Of a DNA stretch of 64,000 nt, positions 51,246 to 64,000 are shown one piece after another. A model generated the notes under the pieces. That model was not told where the DNA came from. It worked only from the letters and a program-made list of their open reading frames with translations, and ran no database searches. Each line of letters begins with the position of its first letter. Within the stretch, counting starts at the first letter, position 1. The DNA is from Octopus bimaculoides (Eukaryota): assembly GCF_001194135.2 (NCBI RefSeq), contig NC_069008.1, positions 16,204,565-16,268,564 on the forward strand, written 5' to 3'. A program made the position numbers and the translations under genes.

Positions 51246-53244
51246 TAAATATCTGGCTGTGATAAACGAATCTTTATTATTGTCACCAGCGGCCTTGGTG
51301 GTGATGTTCTAAAAGATATATTTTATACTTTGTGATTAATATTGCTTAAGGCGGCGAGCGGTCCAGATGGATAATATGTAAACGGAACCCCCCCCCTTAA
51401 TTTTATTATTATCNNNNNNNNNNNNNNNNNNNNNNNNNNNNNNNNNNNNNNNNNNNNNNNNNNNNNNNNNNNNNNNNNNNNNNNNNNNNNNNNNNNNNNN
51501 NNNNNNNNNNNNNNNNNNNNNNNNNNNNNNNNNNNNNNNNNNNNNNNNNNNNNNNNNNNNNNNNNNNNNNNNNNNNNNNNNNNNNNNNNNNNNNNNNNNN
51601 NNNNNNNNNNNNNNNNNNNNNNNNNNNNNNNNNNNNNNNNNNNNNNNNNNNNNNNNNNNNNNNNNNNNNNNNNNNNNNNNNNNNNNNNNNNNNNNNNNNN
51701 NNNNNNNNNNNNNNNNNNNNNNNNNTATTATTATCTTTTTTTTTGTTTTTACGGAATCCCACGTTTTAGGCTATGGAGATTCCGATTCTGAAAAAAATAA
51801 TTGTGTGTAAAATTTCAATTTCCCCACCCCCAAGCAGGCTACTGACATGCTAGAAATAACAGCCAAATCTCACAAAACTGCGATAACATAAAGCAAGAAA
51901 TGTGTAATCAATCTGCTCACCTTTCTGTAGAGATTTCTTTCAGAGTAATTTCTCGCAGTAATATGAAATTAGAGCGTTTTTTTTTGTTTTTTTTTTAATT
52001 TCAGAAATATAACAGTTTTGTAGAGAAGTGTCTTTGGGGAATCCGTGCTGGTGGAGTTGAGGGGAGGGGGATAAACTTCCGTAATGTGTTCGAGAAATGT
52101 ATAGAAATTCTCGAAGTTTTTGAATATACGCCACCGATGCCGTTCAAGCAAACAACAAATTATCAACGAAACTGACCATTAGGTGTGTTTGGTAGTTAGA
52201 AAAGGAAATAAAATTATGAGGGAATTAACATAAATAAGTCAACTTACTGTTAAACGACTTACACCTTCGCTATAGCAACCAAAAAGTGAACAAATGTATA
52301 AATAGTTAAAACTATCTTGTGTTAAGGTGAACGTTAATGTTTGTGAATAAGACAGGGCAACCTACGTATTCCAGGGTCGGCGAACCATTACTTTTGGGAT
52401 TAAATATTTGATTGTAGTATTAAGTCGCTAATTGGTTGTCCCCTATTTTACGAGACAGTGGTAAATGGCTTTTAATCAACAAATCAATCAATGCACTTTC
52501 CTCTCCCTTCCGGAATTTTTTCATCTGGACTTTAAATAGAGAGCACAAATTAGTTTCATCGCTATTGTTGCATGCTTCCACCAATTGAGTTCAGGAGAAG
52601 ACCCGGTCGCCAAAAAGAAAAAAAAAATTCTAATGATAAGTAGAAAATGTATTGGTCTATAGATAGCAAATGTTCCACTTGTATGAAGAGAGGTGTATGA
52701 TATCGAAGACAAGAAGCTGAACCATAATTACATACCGTTTTGTAGCAGCTTTCGTTGGCTGTTTAAATGCGTGGTATTAAATAGAAAAACAATAAGACAT
52801 TTTTGTGTATAAATATATTGTTTATTGTGATCACCTTTTGTGGTGGAAGCATGTAGTTTGATACAAAAAAGTGCTTATATACAAAGAAAGTTTTGATTTT
52901 TGCTTTTGCACTGAAATGAGTAACATATAATATTTGTATTACAGTATGCATGTTTATGCGTAAGGAGAACGGCCATTTTGAGAATGATATATCTTGTGTT
53001 GAGGTGAACAGACACGTGAGTCACATGTGGGAGATTGCGCGTGCAGGAAATGAGTTTCTACAGTTTAACTCAAAAGGCTAGATGCCTCATCAATATATTC
53101 ATCTGCTGTGCTGGTAGACTCATCTATTACGATGTAATATGTAGCTCTTCCACAATTTCAAACGTTTCTCAGCTTACAAGCAATTCCTGGAGATATAACA
53201 TAGGAAACTTGTAACACAACTATTTTTAATATAGATTTACAAGT

Positions 53245-53500
53245 ACAGTTCTATATTTGAGACATGAGGAATTATATACACTATTTATATTTGACGGATA
53301 TTTGTCTATAACTTGTTTATTGTTAACACAACGTTTCGGCTGATATACTCTCCAGCCTTCATCAGGTGTCTTGGGGGAATTTTCGAACCTGGGTTCTCGT
53401 TCCCATGGTATTTTTCAATGTTGTTGTTATTATTATTCAGGTCACTGCCTAGAATTCAAATCAGAATCTTTGGTTTAGTAGTGGGCTACTAAACCAAAGA
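53245..53500 (-). mobile_element. Family H SINE with an intact hammerhead (53325-53370) and a rearranged 5' end
   Basis: GACAC-CUGAUGA-A-GGCUG(GAGAGUAUAU)CAGCC-GAAA-CG-U-U-GUGUU; head truncated into foldback hairpins. Confidence 0.8.
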
Positions 53501-55148
53501 TTCTGATTTTAACTACTTTTAGTAGCCCATGCTACTAAAAGTAGTTAAAAGTAATGTAACATGTGGAAGAGAGCACATATGTGGTTATTGTTGTTGGTAG
53601 CTGTGAAACTGCATTAGTTTTGTTGATTCTGTTGTTTTTATTGTTGTTGTTTGTGTTGAGACTTTGAGAGCCACAGTGGAGCATCTCTTTCGACCCGATT
53701 CCAGCCACACATGACTGACATTCCTGTCTGGCAGAGTCGGTCGTTGCTTTGCTGGCTAGTAGTGGGATTAGATTAATCTTCATCTCTTACAACTGCAACA
53801 TTGCCTGCAGAATAGTTCACCATGTTGGCAAATATCTATAGGTTTGAGAGATAAAATGAAGACTGGATGAATCTGGAATGAGTACAGAAGCCCATTCCGT
53901 ACATAATGTATGAAGGTGTGTATTTCTGAAAGTGCAACTTTCGTTTTTGGGCCTTTCTTATGACCACTTGACCCTCCTTGAGTGTCACAATTTGCTCTCT
54001 TTTATTTAATGGATAATTCAGCAGGGAAAGGAGGAGGCTAGTTTGTGTGTGTGTGTGTGTACTCATCCACAGTTCCTGATGTTGTTGCTGTAATGTGGGT
54101 AGTAAATGGGTCGGAGTTGTTTTCATACAGGGAAAGAATGCCTTCTTGCCTTCACCATGAATAACACCTGACCTATCTACCTTCATCTTCAGAAGAAAAG
54201 CAAAACAATTTTCAGAGACAGACTCAGAAAAGTAGAAAAAAAATAATGTAAAAAATTCCCAGCATAAAATCAGCATCATTTTCATGTATATCGCCAGTTT
54301 CTGAAGGAAGAGGGGAAATAAGCTGGCAAATTTCTTAGTGATATTTCATTTGTCCTTATATTCTGCGTTCAGACTCTGCAGAGGTCAACTTTGCCTTTCA
54401 CTCTTTCGTGGCCAATTATTGAATCACCAATTTAGATTCAGATGAAAATCAAGAGCTACCAAAGCCTTTCGATTTCAATTTCTAGTCATCTTCTGCTCTC
54501 AAATTTCTCCAGTTTCAACAAATTTGGTCCAGATTTTGCTGCAGAACTTATTACTTCGACTATGGTTCATGGCATTTGCAATCTTCTTCATTCACCCAAG
54601 TCTCTTATGACTGTGCATCACAACATGTTTGACAAATGGGACTTGTACAGAGAATATTCAGATTCTCCTCCTTGGTAAGGCTCCTAGGTTAATTTACTAA
54701 AGTCTCCACAGATTCGAGAAATGGTTTATCCACAAACTTATGCTTCTTGGGAGTGTAAGAAACAACATTTCCATATCTTTCTTTTCTTTCTGGCTCCAAA
54801 ACACAATCTTCAACTTGGTCCCTTCCTTTGTTTCTTTCCATAACTTTATAAACATGGATGAAATGCTGATAGGAATTTTTACCAGACATGCAAACAATTC
54901 TGCCACCCTGCTGCCTTATTATTTAATCTCGACTTTAAATACAGCAACAGTATCTTTCCTATGTCCTTGAAGTATGTGATATCGACTATATATAAAAGCA
55001 TGTTTATACTTGAAACCTATATGATTACTGTCAAGAGGTCAATGATTACAGTTAAGGGCACAAAAGTTAAGCAATGATTTAGAAAAGAAAATGGTTTTAA
55101 AATATTGGTTCTTGTTGGGTGTTCTAATGAATTCTGACAATGATACAA

Positions 55149-56339
55149 TCACACTTTCACATGGATAGACTTATGTCTAGTTAATTTACTTCTTTGAGAG
55201 AATGATTTACTACAGACATCACAGTGATATGGTCTCTCCCCTGTATGACTACGTTTGTGTATAGTTAAGTTGGGCCTCTGAGAGAATGATTTACCACAAA
55301 TATCACAGTGATATGGTTTTTCACCGGTATGTATACGATTATGTATCGTTAAGGCATACCTTTGAGTGAATGACTTGCTACAGATATCACAGCGATATGG
55401 TCTCTCTCTTGTATGAATACGTTTGTGTTTAAACAAGTCAGAGATAACAGAGAATGATTTACCACAGATATCACAATCATATGGTGGTTCTCTCGTATGA
55501 ATAAGCTTGTGTCTAGTCAACTGACTACTCACAGAGAATGATTTACCACAGACATCACAATGAAATCGCTTTTCTCCAGTATGAATAAGTTTGTGCGTAG
55601 TTAAGCTACATTTTGCAGAGAATGATTTACCACAGATATCACAATGATATGGTTTCTCTCCCGTATGAATACGTCTGTGTTTAGTCAAGTCACCAATTCG
55701 AGAGAATGATTTATCACAGACATCACAGTGAAATGGCTTTTCTCCTGTATGAATACGTATGTGTTTAGTTAAGCTACCTTTTGTAGAAACTGATTTACCA
55801 CAGATAACACAGTGAAATGGCTTTTCTCCTGTATGAGTACGTTTGTGTGTAGTCAAGTCATTACTCCTAGAGAATGATTTACCACAGATAACACAGTGAA
55901 ATCGCTTTTCACCTGTATGAACATATTTGTGCGAAATTAAATAATCTTTTGTAGAGAATGAGTGACCACAAATAACACAGTGAAATGGCTTCTCTCCTGT
56001 ATGAATATGCTTGTGTCTTTTTAAGTTACCTTTCAAAGAGAATGATTTACCACAGGTATCACAGTGAAATGGCTTCTCACCTGTATGAATACGCATGTGT
56101 TGTCTTAAGTTATCGTTTTGAGAGAATGACTTACCACAGGTATCACAGTGATATGGTTCCTCTCCTGTATGAATACGATTGTGTATTCTTAATTTAGCAT
56201 TGTGACAAAATGATTTACCACAGATAACACAGCGAAATGGCTTCTCACCTGTATGAACAGGACTGTGTTGAATCAAATTACTATGTCTAGAGAATGATTT
56301 ACCACAAATTTTACAATGATATCCCAATGCGTTTGCCAT
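55149..56339 (-). CDS. G8: C2H2 zinc-finger protein, 14 fingers, 396 aa
   Basis: Intact ORF MANALG...HKSIHVKV; acceptor 56757/56758; exon 1 at 59232-59360. Confidence 0.94.
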   Translation of the reverse strand: MANALGYHCKICGKSFSRHSNLIQHSPVHTGEKPFRCVICGKSFCHNAKLRIHNRIHTGEEPYHCDTCGKSFSQNDNLRQHMRIHTGEKPFHCDTCGKSFSLKGNLKRHKHIHTGEKPFHCVICGHSFSTKDYLISHKYVHTGEKRFHCVICGKSFSRSNDLTTHKRTHTGEKPFHCVICGKSVSTKGSLTKHIRIHTGEKPFHCDVCDKSFSRIGDLTKHRRIHTGEKPYHCDICGKSFSAKCSLTTHKLIHTGEKRFHCDVCGKSFSVSSQLTRHKLIHTREPPYDCDICGKSFSVISDLFKHKRIHTRERPYRCDICSKSFTQRYALTIHNRIHTGEKPYHCDICGKSFSQRPNLTIHKRSHTGERPYHCDVCSKSFSQRSKLTRHKSIHVKV

Positions 56340-56903
56340 TTCTCTAAAAGATACAAATAAATCCAACCATTCAAGTTTTTCAAAGTATTAAATTTTTCCC
56401 TTATCCTTCTTTTCTCAACATAGCGTATAATTTTCGTATTCTTGGTTTTGTTATAATTTATTCCTAAGAAATATTTCTGCTGCTATCAAGTTATGGATAT
56501 CTAAAATTGTGTAAACTGTTTTGCAAATATATTCAAGTTCAATTAGAATGCAAAAGCACCTGATAATGAAATGGAGAAATGCTGCTATAAATCTCAGCTC
56601 ACAGGAAATATTTCATAGTAATTCAAACCTATATTTATAGCAGTTGGGATATCATATTTGCTCTCTAAAACATTCTCGTTATGGTTTTCAAAAAACATGG
56701 TAAATATTCCAGATGTATGCAACGTACATTTTTTCTGTGCCAATGCCATCCATTAATCTGAAATAATAAAGAAACAGAATTAGATATAGAGGAGAGATCA
56801 AAACGGAAATGTTCCAACATTTCTTTATTGATTAACAAATGACATCATATAACAGGGTGAAATCTAAAAATTTGTGAATCACAACTAGACCTAGACATTG
56901 AGT

Positions 56904-56934
<31 letters not shown>

Positions 56935-57399
56935 CATAAACAATTAAGTATTTATACACGAAAGAGGTGACCTTTGATAGGATATCTCTTTCATATTTCA
57001 ATACTTAAAATGTTTAAGCACTATTATATATGAATATATGTTATCTATTGACTAAAATTTTTCTAAATTTTTTACCCTTATTNNNNNNNNNNNNNNNNNN
57101 NNNNNNNNNNNNNNNNNNNNNNNNNNNNNNNNNNNNNNNNNNNNNNNNNNNNNNNNNNNNNNNNNNNNNNNNNNNNNNNNNNNNNNNNNNNNNNNNNNNN
57201 NNNNNNNNNNNNNNNNNNNNNNNNNNNNNNNNNNNNNNNNNNNNNNNNNNNNNNNNNNNNNNNNNNNNNNNNNNNNNNNNNNNNNNNNNNNNNNNNNNNN
57301 NNNNNNNNNNNNNNNNNNNNNNNNNNNNNATTAACATGTCATGTTTTTACAAATCACCTATTTTCATCTACTTCAATAGATTCTTCAGATTTAAATTGT

Positions 57400-57830
57400 G
57401 CGAAGGGAGTTGTCTCTTTTTATAGGGTTAAGTGAGTCTCAAGAGCAATGAAACTGGACATCACAGAACTCAGAACTCCTAAAAAGAAAAACAAAGAAAA
57501 CGTCAGCCCATTCATAAACACACACAACCATGGCGTTACCAACATGTTTCAAATTATACAATCAAACTTACCAATAGTCCTACAAAGCCACCAAATGAGA
57601 AACCTATTAAATAAATACTGCATAAGAAACAGTAAACGCCCAGAGAAAAAGCTGGAAAAAACAACTGACAAGAGTGAAATTCTCATCAGAGAATGAAACC
57701 GAAATCTTTGTGAGAGAATGTGATGTGGGATCTGCAGTAAAGCTATCTACAAATATATAGAGGGGAACAAACAGATAAAATTTAAGAGAGGACACATTCA
57801 AAGGAAATGCGAACATGAATTGCAACCAGA
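57400..57830 (+). mobile_element. Penelope-like element ORF fragment (RT-to-GIY-YIG linker region) in the G8 intron
   Basis: SRAMKLDITELRTPK...PFINTHN...FQIIQSNLPIVLQ...NSKRP...LTRVKFSSENE...EGNKQIKFKRG...NANMNC, resembling recalled PLE motifs PFVSTHNP, KSKRQPKNLK and NANMNC. Frameshifted. Confidence 0.65.
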
Positions 57831-58630
57831 ATTCACCGACAACATATCCGACAGGGAGAGCTACAAAAAATTCCACTAAGTAAACACAAAGAAGCATGTG
57901 GAGAAGGAAGATTCACGATCTTTCCCTTCTAGAAATGTCCAAGGCATGACATCTTCAGAAAAAAAAAANNNNNNNNNNNNNNNNNNNNNNNNNNNNNNNN
58001 NNNNNNNNNNNNNNNNNNNNNNNNNNNNNNNNNNNNNNNNNNNNNNNNNNNNNNNNNNNNNNNNNNNNNNNNNNNNNNNNNNNNNNNNNNNNNNNNNNNN
58101 NNNNNNNNNNNNNNNNNNNNNNNNNNNNNNNNNNNNNNNNNNNNNNNNNNNNNNNNNNNNNNNNNNNNNNNNNNNNNNNNNNNNNNNNNNNNNNNNNNNN
58201 NNNNNNNNNNNNNNNNNNNNNNNNNNNNNNNNNNNNNNNNNNNNNNNNNNNNNNNNNNNNNNNNNNNNNNNNNNNNNNNNNNNNNNNNNNNNNNNNNNNN
58301 NNNNNNNNNNNNNNNNNNNNNNNNNNNNNNNNNNNNNNNNNNNNNNNNNNNNNNNNNNNNNNNNNNNNNNNNNNNNNNNNNNNNNNNNNNNNNNNNNNNN
58401 NNNNNNNNNNNNNNNNNNNNNNNNNNNNNNNNNNNNNNNNNNNNNNNNNNNNNNNNNNNNNNNNNNNNNNNNNNNNNNNNNNNNNNNNNNNNNNNNNNNN
58501 NNNNNNNNNNNNNNNNNNNNNNNNNNNNNNNNNNNNNNNNNNNNNNNNNNNNNNNNNNNNNNNNNNNNNNNNNNNNNNNNNNNNNNNNNNNNNNNNNNNN
58601 NNNNNNNNNNNNNNNNNNNNNNNNNNNNNN

Positions 58631-58721
58631 NAACCCTAACCCTTGGGTTAGGGATAGGGTTAGGATCGACCACTCAAGACTAGCTAGCGCGGACGCGCGA
58701 CTGCGCTGCTTTAGTAGTACC
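58631..58721. mobile_element. MITE (GGTACTAC TIR family), right half
   Basis: ggatcgaccactcaagactagctagcgcggacgcgcgactgcgctgctttagtagtacc. Confidence 0.75.
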
Positions 58722-59231
58722 AGCAACTGTTCCAGTCACCTACTTGAAAATATTCACTTCCTTTATTCTGTTCAAAACACTTCCTTTCAGATACAGGCAC
58801 ACACACGCACATACATGCAAACACATACTCTCCCTCACTCCACCATCTCCCTCTTTTCCTACATTTTACACTCCACATTACTCCCCCACCCCAACCTATT
58901 CACTAATACTATAAAAAGAGACGAATAGCTTCACACAGTTGGCGATCTGTTCTTCGGTCAAAGTTTGTCTACTTAGGAACATTCTGCTCAACATGGCCCA
59001 CTGTAGTAAATCAATCTCAATTAGATATGACCAGAGAAGCTAAAGAGAAAGGGTGACAGCACGGAAGGCCACAGTGCCCCGGGACCCACAAAGTGTAAAG
59101 CGGGAACATAGTCAGAGACAGGAAATGGGAACGAACACTCAATACACGGTATAAGTATTCCCGGATTTCTGCAAACCAGATAAGAGATAGGGCACGTACG
59201 ATCAATCGATAGATAGATGTGTATATCTTAC

Positions 59232-59480
59232 CTGTCATGCTATACAAATCAATATTTAGGGGCAAAATATGTTTACTCACATCAAAATATCCGTGAAAAC
59301 ATACAAAAAGACGTTATTATTATTCACCAAATTGAAACAGCTTTTAGCGGAAACGGAAGTTGTGTCTATCACGTGACAAGAATAAACCCACCGCTCTCTA
59401 GTGAATAAGGCCAAAAAACTTACGATAAATGTAAAGAAAAGAAATAACAAAAATAATAGTTTGATGCAAATCACCATGGT
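59232..59480 (-). promoter_or_regulatory. Promoter module and non-coding exon 1 of G8
   Basis: Donor with exon end at 59232; cggaaacggaagt 59348-59360; TCACGTGAC E-box; ATGCAAAT 59464-59471. Confidence 0.75.
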
Positions 59481-59796
59481 TACTGTGGTTAATAACTGAC
59501 TATGCTAAGCGAATGTTCATTATTGTCAGCAGCGGCCGTGGTGGTGATGTCCTAAAAGATATATTTTGGGTACTATTTCAGGAGAGTGTACCCGACGGGC
59601 GCACCCGATTTAGTCAGTGGACGGGCGCACACACGCAAGTCAGGTGCACTCCGAGAAAAAAAAAACAAAAAAAACCTCCACACGTATAAAGATTGTAAAC
59701 AGCAAATTGGGTGGGGGTGGGGACTTAAAGTATGTATCTGTCTATCTATCTATCTGTCAATCTCTAATAAAACAAATAACGAATTGAATGAATCTC

Positions 59797-60002
59797 TTTT
59801 ACTCTTTTACTTGTTTCAGTCTTTTGACTGTGGCCATGCAGGAGCACCGCCTTTAGTCGAGCAAATCGACCCCAGGACTTATTCTTTAGAAGCCTAGTAC
59901 TTATTCTATCGGTCTCTTTTGCCGAACCGCTAAGTTACGGGGACATAAACACACCAGCATCGGTTGTCAAGCGATGTTGGGGGGACACACATACAAACAT
60001 AT

Positions 60003-60035
<33 letters not shown>

Positions 60036-60210
60036 CACATATACGACGGGCTTCTTTCAGTTTCCGTCTACCAAATCCACTCACAAGGCTTTGGTCAGCC
60101 CGAGGCTATAGTAGAAGACACCTGCCCAAGGTGCCACGCAGTGGGACTGAACCCGGGACCATGTGGTTTGTAAGCAAGCTACTTACCACACAGCCACTCC
60201 TACGCCTATG
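59797..60210 (-). mobile_element. SINE family B, full bipartite copy with an internal microsatellite
   Basis: tRNA-like head aggagtggctgtgtggtaagtagc...gggttcagtcccac, internal (TA)n(TG)n, 3' half ending in (GTAAAAGA)n. Confidence 0.8.
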
Positions 60211-61084
60211 AATGAAAATAAAACGAATTTTGAATTTGATAAGATGTTACTTAAAGGTTGTCAAAAAGGAAGGTGAAAACAATGAAATAAAAAATGTTAT
60301 TTAAAAGAGAACCATTCTGAAAGATGTTTTAGAATGTTCTGAAAACGTTCAACCCCAGTTTTCCCTCCAAAGAAACTCAGTCGGGAAAAATGCAAATTGT
60401 AGATTCACGAGTATGATGAGAGCACACAAAATCCCCACCTCCCCGATTTACTGTTTAAACCGCTTGACAGCCTGGCTCGAATTGATTGAGACATTCCGCG
60501 TCAACAATGGACAGGAGGCAACGTGTATCTATGCGCGATGCTCGCAGTTGGTTGAACCAACCAAATCACGCAGAGCTGAATACAGATCTGGCAAAGGGAA
60601 AGTAGTCCTCCAACAAGTTGAACTAATAAAACATCACTTACTGTTACGAAACAATGTGGAACATGATAAATGTTCAAATAATCCGTAGATAGTTATCAAG
60701 TTCTAGAATATTCTTCTATTATATAGTTTCTTCGTGGGATTGAGTTGAGACACAAATATACATATTATTCGCTTGACATCCTCGTCAATAAGAGACAGGA
60801 GGCAGCGTGTATCTATGCGCGATGCTGGCTGTTGGTTGAACCAACCAAATCACGCAGAGCTGGATGCAGATATTGACAAAGGGAAAGTAGTCCTCCAACA
60901 GGTTGAACGAAATCTACTTTATTTATATGTAGTAATTATCATGTGTTAAGGTGAACGTTAGTGTTTGTGAATAAGATGGGGGAGACTTAAGTATTTCAGG
61001 GTCGGTGAAGCATCACATTCATGATTAACCATTTCATTTCTAGAAAGGAATGAGGCTGGTTTTCTGTTCTGGGTGTGTTATGTA

Positions 61085-61295
61085 AGTGTACATATTTGAT
61101 AGAGTTCTAGTGTTTTCAGAGAGAATTTAGCGGAAGAGGAATTAGATGCTGTGTGCAAGAGAGAAGACTGCACTGGTTTGATATTGTGATGCCGAAGGAT
61201 GCAGATAGCTCCATAAAGAACTGCTGGTCTCTCAAAGTAGATGGAATATGTGGAATTGAGAGACTGAGGAAGACATGGGATGAAGAACTGAAGAA
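61085..61295 (+). mobile_element. RTE-clade LINE ORF2 C-terminal fragment
   Basis: CVQERRLHWFDIVMPKDADSSIKNCWSLKVDGICGIERLRKTWDEELK resembles the RTE motif RLRWYGHVMR...GRGRPRKTW. Confidence 0.7.
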
Positions 61296-61929
61296 TGTCT
61301 CCAGTTTCAACAAATTTGGTCCAGATTTTGCTGCAGAGCTTATTACTTCGACTATGCTTCATGGCATTTGCATTCTTCTTCATTCAACCAATTCTCTTAT
61401 GACTGTGCATCACAACATGTTTGACAAATGGGACTTGTACAGAGAATATTCAGATTCTCCTCCTTGGTAAGGCTCCTAGGTTAATTTACTAAAGTCTCCA
61501 AGATTCTTTCATCTTGGCTTCAAAATACAATCTTCAACTTGATCATTTCCTTCGTTTCTTTCCATAACTTAATAAAGACAAATGAAATGCTGATAAGCAT
61601 TTTACCAGACATGCTAACAATTCTGCCAGTTTGCTGTCTTATTATTTACCAAAGACATTAAAAATAATGACAGTATCTTTCCTATATCCATGAAGTATGT
61701 TATATGGAATTGAAACATGTATGGTTACTGTCAAGGGTTCAATTATTATAGTTAAGGGCACAAAAGTTAAGCAATGATTTAGAAGAGAAAATGGTTTTAA
61801 AATATTAGTTCTTACTGGGTGTTTTAATAAATTTTGACAATAATATAATCACACTTTTACATGGATAGACTTATGTCTAGCTAAGTTATATCTCTGATAG
61901 AATGATTTACTACAGACATCATAGTGATC

Positions 61930-62964
61930 TCATGTCTCTCCTGTATGAATACGTTTGTGACTAGTTAAGCTGTTGCTCTGAGAGAATGATTTACCACAGA
62001 TATCACAATGATATGCTTTTTCTCCCGTATGAGTACGTCTGTGTTTAGTCAAGTCACCAATCCTAGAAAATGCTTTACCACAGACATTACAGTGAAATGG
62101 CTTTTCTCCAGTATGAATATGTTTATGTTGAATTAAATGAGAAATTGTGCAGAATGATTTACCACAGATATCACAATTATATGGTTTCTCTCCTGTATGA
62201 ATACGTCTGTGTTTAGTCAAGTCACTACTCCCAGAGAATGATTTATCACAGACATCACACTGAAATGGCTTTTCTCCTGTATGAATACGTATGTGTTTAG
62301 TTAAGCTACCTTTTGTAGAAACTGATTTACCACAGATAACACAGTGAAATGGCTTTTCTCCTGTATGAATCCGTATGTGTTGACTTAAGCTACTGGCATG
62401 AGAGAATGATTTACCACAGGTATCACAGTGAAATGGCTTTTCACCTGTATGAATATATTTGTGCGTAATTAAGTAATCTTTTGTAGAGAATGATTCACCA
62501 CAGATAACACAGTGAAATGGCTTTTCTTTTGTATGGAAATGTTTGTGTCTTTTTAAGTTACCTTTCGTAGAGAATGATTTACCACAGGTATCACAGTGAA
62601 ATGGCTTCTCACCTGTATGAATATAGTTGTGTGTAATTAAGCTATCTTTTGCAGAGAATGATTTACCACAGGTATCACAGTGAAATGGCTGCTCACCTGT
62701 ATGAATATTTTTGTGTGCAATTAAGCTACCTTTTGAAGACAATGATTTACCACAGGTATCACAGTTGTATGGTTTCTCTCCTGTATGAATACGTATGTGT
62801 TTAGTTAAGTTACCGTTTTGACAGAATGATTTACCACAGGTAACACAGCGAAATGGCTTCTCACCTGTATGAACACGAATGTGTTTAACCAAATTACTAT
62901 GTGTAGAGAATGATTTACCACAAATTTTACAATGATAGCCTAATTTCTCTAATGCTTTTGACAT
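61930..62964 (-). CDS. G9: C2H2 zinc-finger protein, 12 fingers, 344 aa; 13th finger lost to a nonsense codon
   Basis: ATG 62964 (MSKALEKLG); TGA in the linker; remnant finger continues in frame to the ancestral stop at 61849-61851; acceptor 63383/63384; exon 1 is inferred to lie beyond the window end. Confidence 0.9.
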   Translation of the reverse strand: MSKALEKLGYHCKICGKSFSTHSNLVKHIRVHTGEKPFRCVTCGKSFCQNGNLTKHIRIHTGEKPYNCDTCGKSLSSKGSLIAHKNIHTGEQPFHCDTCGKSFSAKDSLITHNYIHTGEKPFHCDTCGKSFSTKGNLKRHKHFHTKEKPFHCVICGESFSTKDYLITHKYIHTGEKPFHCDTCGKSFSHASSLSQHIRIHTGEKPFHCVICGKSVSTKGSLTKHIRIHTGEKPFQCDVCDKSFSGSSDLTKHRRIHTGEKPYNCDICGKSFCTISHLIQHKHIHTGEKPFHCNVCGKAFSRIGDLTKHRRTHTGEKAYHCDICGKSFSQSNSLTSHKRIHTGET

Positions 62965-63529
62965 TTCTCTAAGAGATACAAATAAATCCAACCATTCAAG
63001 TTTTTCAAAGTATTAAAGTTTTCCCTTATCCTTTTTTTCTCAACACAGCGTATAATTTTCTTATTCTTGGTTTTGTTATAATTTATTCCTAAGAAATATT
63101 TCTGCTGCTATCAAGTTATGGATATCTAAAATTGTGTAAACTGCTTTGCAAATATATTCAAGTTCAATTAGAATGCAAAAGCACCAGACAATGAAATGGA
63201 GAAATATTGCTATGAATCTCAGCTCACAGCAAATATTTCACAGTAATTCAACCATAGATTTCTAAAGGTTGGGTTATTATATCTGTTCTCTTAAACGTTT
63301 TCCTTTAGTCTTTAAGACATGATAAATATTCCAGATGTATCCAATGTTAAAAAAGTTGTTTCATGCCAATGTCATCCATTAATCTGAAATAATAAAGAAA
63401 CAGTATTAGATATGGAGGAGAGATCAAAACGGAAATGTTCCAACATTTCTTTATTGATTAACAAATGACATCATATAACATAGGGTGAATTCTAAAAATT
63501 TGTGAATCACAATTACCCCTAGCCATTGA

Positions 63530-63535
<6 letters not shown>

Positions 63536-63593
<58 letters not shown>

Positions 63594-63610
63594 ATGTGTG
63601 TGTGTATATA
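63536..63610. repeat. (AT)n/(GT)n microsatellite
   Basis: Directly visible; similar tracts border most assembly gaps. Confidence 0.95.
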
Positions 63611-64000
63611 TTTACATACATATAAACAATTAAGTATTTATACACGAAAGAGGTGACCTTTGTTAGGACACCTTACATGCTAGAAAGGGCAGTCAAAGCC
63701 CAAACTACGAATAAAAGCAATTCCAAAGGGAATGAAAATATAAAATATTTTTGTAGTTATCCTCAAACTCGAGTTTCTGTATCATTGTGCAAATAAATTA
63801 ATTTGCGATCCATTCTTCATCAGTGCCATGGATTTGAGAATGATAATGCATAAGTATGTAACATGTGTGATTTTGGTGCAATTTGCTGCATAAATCTGCA
63901 TTAATTTTTGCGAACCTCACTGATGAAGGACGGATTGCAAGAGTTTGGTAACTACAATTTTTTTTTTATTTTCATTCCCTTTGAAGTTGCTTTTATTCGT

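Noticed and set aside
60413-60910. 91-aa ORF and a roughly 140-bp direct repeat suggesting LTRs
   Set aside because: No TG...CA ends, PBS or PPT; the paralogous region at 23.1-23.4 kb has one copy, so this is a local duplication.

Overview
Eukaryotic, AT-rich, gap-ridden short-read assembly. It is most likely a coleoid cephalopod (Octopus); this is inferred from the tandem C2H2-ZNF expansion and the SINE families, not proven. The window is a cluster of nine paralogous polydactyl C2H2 zinc-finger genes (here G1-G9; G1 and G5 on +, the rest on -) plus two decayed ZNF relics. The genes share one architecture, seen in full for G1 and G4-G8: a non-coding exon 1 starting near an ACTTCCGTTTCCG (ETS-like) motif, one intron, and exon 2 carrying about 300-420 nt of 5'UTR, a short uORF and the whole CDS (6-9 aa leader, then only fingers; no KRAB/BTB/SCAN domain). 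The spacers hold tRNA-derived SINEs, MITEs, TTAGGG-bearing repeats and relics of CRE, RTE, Penelope, pogo and Ty3/gypsy elements. The most interesting signals are: (1) a tRNA-headed SINE whose body contains a minimal type-I hammerhead ribozyme with a Penelope-like signature, with a same-strand copy downstream of four ZNF genes; (2) a gypsy Gag capsid-like ORF in frame directly behind the stop codon of G4, reminiscent of the origin of vertebrate SCAN-ZNFs; (3) a conserved 8-codon uORF and a head-to-head promoter pair. All calls come from reading the sequence by eye; no database searches were run.
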